Assembly: GCA_003559235.1 (NCBI GenBank)
Contig: PWME01000211.1
Location: 1 to 46,425, forward strand
DNA length: 46,425 nt
DNA from: Mollicutes bacterium
Lineage (GTDB): Bacteria > Bacillota_I > Bacilli_A > Izemoplasmatales > Izemoplasmataceae
Direction: 5' to 3'
Below the pieces are notes generated by a model, which worked only from the letters and a program-made list of their open reading frames with translations, had not been told where the DNA came from and made no database searches. Of this stretch, positions 24,003 through 32,029 are shown piece by piece. Positions within the stretch are counted from its first letter, which is position 1. Every line of letters begins with the position of its first letter. The translations under genes were made by a program, and so were the position numbers.

Positions 24003-24856
24003 TGTTTTTCACCCGTCACTTTAATGAATATTTCATCCAGTGAGGTTTCACCACTATGCATGGTCTCTATGGTTTTTTCTTGGATCAAAGACAAGAAAGT
24101 TTCATCGTTACCAATCTCATCAAGATTAAAGACTTTACGTTCTGTACCACTATTTTCATAATACTCTACCGCTAGTTCTCTACGACCATACTTCAATTTA
24201 AGTGCGCGCGGGGTTGAAGTTTCCACAATCTCACCATCTTTAATAAACGCAACCCGGTCACACAACTCTTCAACATCATTCATTAAGTGCGTACTTAAAA
24301 AGACCGTTCCACCCGCTTCTTTAAATGCTTTAATCATATCTTTAATGATCCGCGCATTTTTCGGGTCAAGTCCATTAGTAACTTCATCCAAAAAGAGTAC
24401 TTTAGGGTCGTTTAACATTGCTCTTACAAAGTTAAGCCGCATTTTCATCCCCTTTGAATATTCACCAACGGGTCGGTCTTTATCTTCATAAAGGCCAACC
24501 TGTTTTAACAACGCATCCACATCGGCATTGCGTTGATAAAGCATTTTGAAAAATGCCATGTTCTCAGCCGCTGTTAACTTAGAAAAATGCACTGGCAACT
24601 CAAAACCAACCCCGATGGTCTCAAAGTATTCATTGCCATATTCATGCAAGTCTTTTCCTTTGTAGACAATGGAGCCTTCATAATCTTTAAACAGTCGTGT
24701 CAAAATCTTTTGAGTCGTTGATTTTCCTGCCCCACTGGGTCCAAGCAATCCAAAGACTTCACCCTTTTGCACAGAGAAACTAATGCCACGCACCGCTTCA
24801 ATCGCGCTTTTACGGTACTTAAACCGCAAGTCTTTCACTTCAAAGAGTTTTTCCAT
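23999..24856 (-). CDS. ABC transporter ATP-binding protein (ABC-2 exporter subfamily)
   Basis: 285 aa. Walker A is GPSGAGKST, the signature-like motif is YSKGMKMRL, and Walker B is VLFLDEVTNGLD. GGAGGG RBS. Confidence 0.85.
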   Translation of the reverse strand: MEKLFEVKDLRFKYRKSAIEAVRGISFSVQKGEVFGLLGPSGAGKSTTQKILTRLFKDYEGSIVYKGKDLHEYGNEYFETIGVGFELPVHFSKLTAAENMAFFKMLYQRNADVDALLKQVGLYEDKDRPVGEYSKGMKMRLNFVRAMLNDPKVLFLDEVTNGLDPKNARIIKDMIKAFKEAGGTVFLSTHLMNDVEELCDRVAFIKDGEIVETSTPRALKLKYGRRELAVEYYENSGTERKVFNLDEIGNDETFLSLIQEKTIETMHSGETSLDEIFIKVTGEKQ

Positions 24857-24930
24857 TGTACCCTCCGTTTAATGCGTCTTCATTATGTATTATGGCATAC
24901 CTTCTAAAAGTCCACAAGAAAAAGCGCCGG

Positions 24931-26895
24931 TTAAGACGCCTTTAATTCTAAAATTAAGTCGCGTAATTCCGCTGCTTTTTCAAAATCTAAATTGCTGGCA
25001 GCTTTGCGCATGTCTTTTTCTAAATCTTTAATCAAATCAGCTTTTTCAGCCTTGCTTAATTCAGATAATTCTTTTGCCTTCGCTTCATCAACCGCTTCAA
25101 GTTTTACGCGAATCGAATCACGCACATCTTTTTTGATTGTCATGGGTTCAATATTATATTTTTCATTGTGCGCTTGTTGGATGGCGCGTCTCCGGTTGGT
25201 CTCATCAATTGCACGTTGCATGCCATCCGTTATCTTATCAGCGTATAGACGCACGTGTCCATCTTTATTGCGTGCGGCTCTCCCAATCGTTTGAATCAGA
25301 CTGCGTGAAGAGCGTAAGAACCCTTCTTTATCGGCATCAAGAATGGCGATAAACGACACTTCAGGTAAATCAAGCCCTTCTCTTAACAAGTTGATCCCTA
25401 CAAGTACATCGTAAACCCCTAAGCGTAAATCTCGAATAATCTCAATGCGCTCTAAGGACGTAATTTCTGAATGTAAGTAAGCGACCTTAATGCCCAACTC
25501 CTTTAAGTAACTGGTTAAATCTTCACTCATTTTAATCGTCAATGTCGTAATAAGTGTGCGTTCATCACGGGCGTTGCGTCGCATAATCTCTTCAACAATA
25601 TCATCGATTTGCCCTTCTTTAGGGTATACTTCTACCCGCGGATCAAGCAATCCTGTTGGGCGAATGATTTGTTCGACAACATCGGTTGTGCGCGAAAGTT
25701 CATAGTCGCCTGGGGTTGCACTAACATAAACCACTTGATGGATCTTTTCATTGAATTCATCAAAGTTTAACGGTCTATTGTCGAGTGCACTTGGTAAGCG
25801 AAACCCATAATCAACGAGCGTTTGTTTACGGGCGCGGTCACCATTATACATGCCGCGCACTTGCGGCAATGTAACGTGAGATTCATCCACAATCAATAGA
25901 AAGTCATCACCAAAAAAGTCCATTAAGGTCGCGGGGGTTTCTCCCGCTTCACGGAGTGATAAATGGCGCGAATAATTTTCAACGCCTTTACATGTTCCAA
26001 TTTCTTTAAGCATTTCAATGTCGTAATTGGTGCGTTGGCGCAAACGCTCTGCTTCAACCAGCTTGCCTTCTTCCTTAAAGACATCCAAACGTTCTTTAAG
26101 TTCTTGTTCAATGCGTTTAATTCCTTGATCGAGCTTTTCTTTATCGGTGACGAACTGTGTCGCTGGAAATAACGTAATGACTGTATATTCTTGAATGATC
26201 TCACCACTCACCACATCAAAACTGCGAATGCGTTCAATTTCATCGTCAAAAAACTCAACACGAATGGCGTGGTCTTTTTGATAAGTCGGTAAGATTTCTA
26301 CCGTGTCGCCTTTCACGCGAAAAGAGCCCCGGTCAAAATCGATTTCATTGCGCATAAAAAGCATATCGACTAAGCGATTAATCATGACATCGCGGTCAAG
26401 CGTATCACCAACGCGCAAAGTTAACGTCGCTTTTTTATAATCATCAGGGTCACCGATTCCATAAATGCATGACACACTCGCAACGACTATGGTATCGTTA
26501 CGTTCTAACAATGACGCGGTTGCACTGTGACGCATTTCATCGATTTCATCATTGGTTTGCGCGTCTTTTTCAATGTATAAATCGCGAGCAGGGACGTACG
26601 CTTCAGGTTGATAATAATCGTAGTATGATATAAAGTATTCAACCCGGTTTTCCGGAAAAAACGCTTTGAACTCTGAATAAAGTTGTCCCGCCAAGGTCTT
26701 ATTATGGGCAAGCACAAGCACAGGCTTATTAAGCCCGGTAATGACATTGCTCATGGTAAAGGTTTTTCCAGTTCCTGTAGCACCAAGCAAGACTTGTTCT
26801 TTTTTGTTGGCATGAATGTTTTCAATAATCTTTGCGATGGCGGCCGCTTGATCACCTTTTGGTTCAAAGGCCGTATTCAGTTTATAAATTCCCAT
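24931..26895 (-). CDS. uvrB: excinuclease ABC subunit B
   Basis: 654 aa. [21 protein letters not shown], the helicase motifs and the C-terminal UVR domain ([11 protein letters not shown]) are all present. Confidence 0.97.
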   Translation of the reverse strand: MGIYKLNTAFEPKGDQAAAIAKIIENIHANKKEQVLLGATGTGKTFTMSNVITGLNKPVLVLAHNKTLAGQLYSEFKAFFPENRVEYFISYYDYYQPEAYVPARDLYIEKDAQTNDEIDEMRHSATASLLERNDTIVVASVSCIYGIGDPDDYKKATLTLRVGDTLDRDVMINRLVDMLFMRNEIDFDRGSFRVKGDTVEILPTYQKDHAIRVEFFDDEIERIRSFDVVSGEIIQEYTVITLFPATQFVTDKEKLDQGIKRIEQELKERLDVFKEEGKLVEAERLRQRTNYDIEMLKEIGTCKGVENYSRHLSLREAGETPATLMDFFGDDFLLIVDESHVTLPQVRGMYNGDRARKQTLVDYGFRLPSALDNRPLNFDEFNEKIHQVVYVSATPGDYELSRTTDVVEQIIRPTGLLDPRVEVYPKEGQIDDIVEEIMRRNARDERTLITTLTIKMSEDLTSYLKELGIKVAYLHSEITSLERIEIIRDLRLGVYDVLVGINLLREGLDLPEVSFIAILDADKEGFLRSSRSLIQTIGRAARNKDGHVRLYADKITDGMQRAIDETNRRRAIQQAHNEKYNIEPMTIKKDVRDSIRVKLEAVDEAKAKELSELSKAEKADLIKDLEKDMRKAASNLDFEKAAELRDLILELKAS

Positions 26896-26960
26896 GTTAT
26901 CACCGTTATCATTGTATCACAAAGCGTACGGTATGATACAATGAATGATGGAGGATGCGT

Positions 26961-28586
26961 ATGGTTATTTATGTAGCGATTGACACGAAATATATCCACG
27001 TGAATCACGCGGTGAACTTGTTACAAGCGAATACATCAAGACCTTCAATAACGTTGACCTTTACGATTCATGATCCCCTTGAAACGATTTTCAAATCAAT
27101 CATGAACCATGACCCTGACGCCGTCGGTTTTTCCGTATACATGTGGAATGTGGAGGCAGTTTTAACCCTCACAAAATGGTTAAAAGGGCGTGGTAAACTC
27201 GTTATTCTCGGTGGACCAGAAGTGTCTTATGATGCAACGCATTTTTTAACTGTGAGCGATGCCGATGTTATTGTGAAAGGTGAAGCGGAAGCCGTGATTA
27301 ATAAGGTACTCGATTACCTTATCGACAAAACCCCTTTGGGTGCTTATGGGGTTGCTTATAAAAAAGGCACAAAGATTATTGATGGCACCACGGCGTGTGT
27401 TGAAAACTTAGCTACCATCAAACAACCCGTCTTTACCAAAACAATGCAAAGAGAAGCAGCGCATCAAGTGCACTATATCGAAGCATCAAGAGGGTGTCCT
27501 TACCAATGCAGTTTTTGTTTATCATCATTAGAAAAAGGGGTTCGGTTTTTCCCCGTTGAAACCATCACAAACACAATGGATACCCTCATTGAAAACGGCG
27601 CAAAAACCATTAAGTTTCTTGACCGAACTTTTAACGCAAACCCAAAAACGTTAGCCATCATTAAACATATTATTGACCACTACCATTTACATGATGCTGT
27701 CTTTCAGTTTGAAATAACCGGAGAAACCTTAGACCCCGCAATTATCGCGTTTATACACAAACATGCACCAAAGGAATTGTTTCGGTTTGAAATTGGTATT
27801 CAGTCTACGCACCCATTAACCAATAAACTAACCCAGCGCGCCCCAACCTCAAATGCATTACTCAATACCATTAAAACCATCATCGACACCAACATCATCG
27901 ATGTGCATCTCGATTTGATTGCCGGGTTACCAAAAGAAGATTTGACGCGCTTTAAAGAAAGTTTTAACACCGTTGCGGCATTAAAACCACCAGAACTACA
28001 ACTCGGTTTTCTAAAAATGTTGCGAGGCACAAAAATTCGCAATGAAGCCAACCGCTTCAAGTATCGCTTCAATCCTTCACCGCCTTATGAAATCATTGAA
28101 AATGATGTCTTAACGAAAGACGATATTGCAAGAATAAAGTCTGTAGAAATTGTTTTAAACCGTTTCCATAATCGCGGATTATTTGGCCAACATGTCCTCG
28201 ATGCAGCGGTAGATTATGGCAATCCTTTTGACTTTTTTGAAAAACTTTCAGAAACCTTAAAAAACCAAGGCATTTCAACCTTACGCTATCAACTAAAAAC
28301 GTTATACAGCGTCTTCGAACAATTCTTGGCTGAGCTCAATATGCTTGAATCGCGGTGTGATGCTTTACGCTATACGTATTTAACGCGCGCCAAAACCAAA
28401 CCACCACCCTATTTCCCACTCATCAAAGATAAAACCGTAAAATACCAAGTCTATAAAGCCATGCATGCGCGTTATGGTGTATCTGTGGATACTTTGTTTA
28501 AACACGCAATTCTTACCAAACGACAAGATGGTTCACTGCTTGCTGTACTTTATCAAAATCATCAAGCAGTGCCTTATCGTCTATGA
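26961..28586 (+). CDS. B12-binding-domain radical SAM protein with a C-terminal DUF4080-like region
   Basis: The N-terminal cobalamin-binding-like Rossmann region precedes SRGCPYQCSFC (CxxxCxxC). ATG 26961 (GGAGG 6 nt upstream) is preferred over 26955. Confidence 0.75.
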   Translation: MVIYVAIDTKYIHVNHAVNLLQANTSRPSITLTFTIHDPLETIFKSIMNHDPDAVGFSVYMWNVEAVLTLTKWLKGRGKLVILGGPEVSYDATHFLTVSDADVIVKGEAEAVINKVLDYLIDKTPLGAYGVAYKKGTKIIDGTTACVENLATIKQPVFTKTMQREAAHQVHYIEASRGCPYQCSFCLSSLEKGVRFFPVETITNTMDTLIENGAKTIKFLDRTFNANPKTLAIIKHIIDHYHLHDAVFQFEITGETLDPAIIAFIHKHAPKELFRFEIGIQSTHPLTNKLTQRAPTSNALLNTIKTIIDTNIIDVHLDLIAGLPKEDLTRFKESFNTVAALKPPELQLGFLKMLRGTKIRNEANRFKYRFNPSPPYEIIENDVLTKDDIARIKSVEIVLNRFHNRGLFGQHVLDAAVDYGNPFDFFEKLSETLKNQGISTLRYQLKTLYSVFEQFLAELNMLESRCDALRYTYLTRAKTKPPPYFPLIKDKTVKYQVYKAMHARYGVSVDTLFKHAILTKRQDGSLLAVLYQNHQAVPYRL

Positions 28587-28623
28587 AAAATACGATTCCA
28601 ACTGGGGAATCGTATTTTACTAT

Positions 28624-30117
28624 TTAAGGTTGAACGGGCACATTTTGCGATTTATCGCCATTCGATGTGCGCATCTCTAAACGGTCTAAGATAAAGGATA
28701 AATCATTGTTGTGGTAATCAATATCACCATTGCTTGTACGGAGTGAAACATCACGCGTGTAAACGTCATCTAAAGCAATTTTGCCATTTGATGTTCTCGC
28801 AACCAATGTTTCACCGTTTTTCGCTTCTTCATTGAGATTCTCGATGATAATTGAACCGTTGCTTGTTGTAAGGTTGACATCAATCGCTTTTCCATTTAAT
28901 AATTCAATCGCGCCATTGCTTGTTTCCATAGTAAGTGATGGTGTTTCAAACGATTCAGCGGTTAACTTACCATTGGTGCTTTTTACATCAATAGTCTCTG
29001 CAATGACTTCTTCTATGGTGACAGTACCGTTGGAAGTTTGGAGATCAATGGTGGCAACGTCTAACCCATTAAGTTGAATAGAACCATTCGTGGTCTCGAT
29101 GTTAATATCATCCAATAAGAGGTTATCTGGTACTTCAATGACAACTTCTGGCAGTTGAAATGAACCAAAAATGTTGAAGAAGAAAAATCTTTCGTATGTA
29201 TTTTCAAAGCGAATCGTTTGGGTACTTTCATCATAGTCAAGCTCTAGTGGGGTATCCTCTCGTTCTTCAGAGCGAACGATTAACATGTTGGTTGAGGTGC
29301 TGATGATTCGCACCCGGCCAATTTCTAGTGCGCCTTCAATCGACCATGTTTCACCATCGTTAATCGCATCACTCATATCATAATCATAAACATAGGTTTC
29401 AATATCCATGCGTTCGTTAAACCCAGGCAAAGCACCAATGCGCACAATAGAAACAACACTACCGAGTACCAAAAACACAAGCGCAAGTAATGTCGCAATA
29501 CTTCTTGCTCGTTGCAATGATGGTGTTTTTCTAACGAGTTCATAAAAGCGTAAACGACGGATGGAACGATAAATATGGCGTGGGTTACCGATTTTGAAAA
29601 CTTCTGCATGCCAACGCACCAACCAGGCGATAAAGCCAATAAAAACATCATAGAGCGCTAACACCAAAAGCAACCATAAAAACGCCAACCCAAGTCCGCC
29701 AAGAAACGGTAAAACCCCAATACCAGCGTCGAAAGAGAAGTTCGCTAACAGTCGCGTTACGTATGTGAGTAATCCACCAGCAAGCGCAACCGTGAGACCA
29801 CTTAATGCCCCAACAATAATCGCAACAAGGAAAATATCAAAAAGAATAATACCAATAATACTGCCAACACCAGATTCCTTTTTTTCCACTTTTTGCGCTG
29901 CCAATAAACGGTTTGAATCAAACCCGTACTCTTCTAATACATGTCTGGCAATTTGTTTTGGGGATTCGAGTTCATCAATAATCTCCGCTTCGGTTTTTCC
30001 TTCATAGCGAACACCCGTATTAAATCGTTCTTCATAAAATGATAAGATTTCTTTACGTTCTTCTTCGTTTAAAACGTCTAAATAGTGTGCTAATCTTTCC
30101 AAAAATTGCTTTTTCAT
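28624..30117 (-). CDS. DUF1700 membrane protein fused to a DUF4097 beta-helix repeat domain
   Basis: The N-terminus MKKQFLERLAHYLDVLNEEERKEILSFYEERF is DUF1700. A central TM block follows, then a C-terminus with about 8 repeats of roughly 20 aa carrying (T/S)(S/T)NG(S/T/K/A/D)(I/V/L). Start at ATG 30117 (GAGGAG 8 nt upstream). Confidence 0.7.
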   Translation of the reverse strand: MKKQFLERLAHYLDVLNEEERKEILSFYEERFNTGVRYEGKTEAEIIDELESPKQIARHVLEEYGFDSNRLLAAQKVEKKESGVGSIIGIILFDIFLVAIIVGALSGLTVALAGGLLTYVTRLLANFSFDAGIGVLPFLGGLGLAFLWLLLVLALYDVFIGFIAWLVRWHAEVFKIGNPRHIYRSIRRLRFYELVRKTPSLQRARSIATLLALVFLVLGSVVSIVRIGALPGFNERMDIETYVYDYDMSDAINDGETWSIEGALEIGRVRIISTSTNMLIVRSEEREDTPLELDYDESTQTIRFENTYERFFFFNIFGSFQLPEVVIEVPDNLLLDDINIETTNGSIQLNGLDVATIDLQTSNGTVTIEEVIAETIDVKSTNGKLTAESFETPSLTMETSNGAIELLNGKAIDVNLTTSNGSIIIENLNEEAKNGETLVARTSNGKIALDDVYTRDVSLRTSNGDIDYHNNDLSFILDRLEMRTSNGDKSQNVPVQP

Positions 30118-30122
30118 TATTC

Positions 30123-30431
30123 TCACTCCTCAATAAATCTTTCAACGCGTTTCACAAAGGATTGCCATGAAGCGCGTAAAGTTTGTAATTGTTTAACCCC
30201 TGCATCAGTTATCGTGAAATATTTCCTTGGAGGACCATCAGGTGAGTCCTGTAACGTTGTATCCAATAACCCCTGTTTAACCATTTTTCTTAAGATTGGG
30301 TAAATGGTACTTTCACTTATGCCTAAGGCATCGTTGATAAGACGATAGATATTATAGCCGTAATTATCTTCGTGTTCTAAGGTGCCCAAAACACATAAAT
30401 CAAGCACGCCTTTTTTAAGTTGTATATCCAT
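30123..30431 (-). CDS. PadR-family transcriptional regulator
   Basis: 102 aa. LDLCVLGTLEHEDNYGYNIYRLI...STIYPILRKMVKQGLL is a PadR winged helix. Confidence 0.85.
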   Translation of the reverse strand: MDIQLKKGVLDLCVLGTLEHEDNYGYNIYRLINDALGISESTIYPILRKMVKQGLLDTTLQDSPDGPPRKYFTITDAGVKQLQTLRASWQSFVKRVERFIEE

Positions 30432-30512
30432 ACGATCACCTCAATTATATAATGTATAGTACCATACAGTGTATAAGTTGTAAAGGGTTTTTGTCAAAAA
30501 TTTTAAATCTAT

Positions 30513-30537
30513 TAAAAAGCCCCCTATAAAGGGGCTT
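30513..30537 (-). terminator. intrinsic terminator after pyk
   Basis: On the minus strand, AGCCCC-TTTATA-GGGGCT followed by TTTTT. Confidence 0.7.
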
Positions 30538-31966
30538 AGTCGATGTCTAGTATGCGTAAACTATTGGTTTTCGTTCCGATTGGGAACCCACCTGTAATCA
30601 CAACGCGGTCACCAGAGTTCACCAATCCAGTCTCTTTAATATAATCAATGGATGCTTGTACCAACGCTTCTGTATCAGTTGAAAAATCAAACTTAATGGC
30701 GTTAATACAACTGTTTAATGCCAAACTTCTTGCCAGTGTTGCGGTTGGCACAAGGGCTAACACCATTGTGTTTGGTCTAAATTTTGATAATAAACGTGCC
30801 GTATTACCACTCATCGTTGGGGCGACAACCAAATTGGCTTGTCCTTGTAAAACCGTATGGGCAACACTCATCGCTATATTGCTTGCAATATCTTTTTGCT
30901 TTGCATTTTTTGAAGCCCGGACAATAAAATCATTCCGTCTAATTTCTTTTTCCATGCGTTTGGCAATGCTTTGCATAACCTCAACACTTTCAATAGGGTA
31001 CTGCCCAATCGCGCTCTCACCCGAAAGCATAATTGCATCCGCACCATCTAAAATTGCGTTGGCAACATCGCTAACTTCAGCACGGGTTGGCCGCGGACTG
31101 TCTTGCATCGATTCAAGCATTTGTGTCGCGGTTATGCTCACTTTGCCTTTTTGGTGACACATTTCGATAATATTTTTTTGAATGACAGGCACTTCTTCAG
31201 GCGGCACTTCAACCCCTAAATCCCCGCGCGCAATCATAACCCCATCTGCAACATCGGTTATTTCACCAAGGTTATTAACGCCTTCTTGGTTTTCTATTTT
31301 GGCAATAATTCGAATATCCGTTGCACAGTGTTTTTCAAGTAACTCGCGGATTGCTAAAACATCTTCTTTACGCCTAACAAACGATGCCGCGATAAAATCC
31401 ACCTTATGTTCACAACCCCATTTGATGTCTGCATCATCTTTTTCTGAAATAAAATCAAGGTTAAGCTTTACACCTGGTACATTAATGCCACGGCGGTCTT
31501 TCATCGTATGGTTTCCAAGCGAAATTGTTCGAATCGTTTTCGTTTTCTCCTCAATGGCTTCAACGCGTAAAATAAGGTACCCATCATCCACAATCAAGTT
31601 CGTTCCAATTTCAATGTCTTTATACAGTTCTGGATACGTCACACTAAAGCGTTCATGATTGCCAAGGATTTGGTTCATATGAATGGTAATGGCATCGCCA
31701 CGTTTAACCGTTGCTTTACCACCTTCAAATCCATGGGTTCTTATTTCTGGTCCCTTCGTATCCAAAAGCGAAGCCACATGAGTACCAAGTTCTTCGTTTA
31801 ATTCTTTTAACGTATTTAACCGTTGTAGATGATCATCATAAGAAGAATGCGAAAAGTTCATACGCATAACATCCATGCCCGCTAAAACAAGCTTTTTCAT
31901 CATCTTTTTACTCTCGGTTGCCGGTCCAATTGTACACACGATTTTCGTTTGATTGAATGGGATCAT
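30536..31966 (-). CDS. pyk: pyruvate kinase
   Basis: TKIVCTIGPAT, MNFSHS, LLDTKGPEIR and MIARGDLGVE are present. Start at ATG 31966 (GGAGGAAACA before the ATG) rather than 31993. Confidence 0.95.
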   Translation of the reverse strand: MIPFNQTKIVCTIGPATESKKMMKKLVLAGMDVMRMNFSHSSYDDHLQRLNTLKELNEELGTHVASLLDTKGPEIRTHGFEGGKATVKRGDAITIHMNQILGNHERFSVTYPELYKDIEIGTNLIVDDGYLILRVEAIEEKTKTIRTISLGNHTMKDRRGINVPGVKLNLDFISEKDDADIKWGCEHKVDFIAASFVRRKEDVLAIRELLEKHCATDIRIIAKIENQEGVNNLGEITDVADGVMIARGDLGVEVPPEEVPVIQKNIIEMCHQKGKVSITATQMLESMQDSPRPTRAEVSDVANAILDGADAIMLSGESAIGQYPIESVEVMQSIAKRMEKEIRRNDFIVRASKNAKQKDIASNIAMSVAHTVLQGQANLVVAPTMSGNTARLLSKFRPNTMVLALVPTATLARSLALNSCINAIKFDFSTDTEALVQASIDYIKETGLVNSGDRVVITGGFPIGTKTNSLRILDID

Positions 31967-32029
31967 TGTTTCCTCCGTAAATTGAGTTGCCATGACAATG
32001 GCTTTAAATCATTATAGCATGTTAAAGCG

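Noticed and set aside
30648-31658. Plus-strand ORFs of 169 and 158 aa
   Set aside because: They are antisense to pyruvate kinase, Ser/Ile/Ala-rich shadow frames, and lack an RBS.
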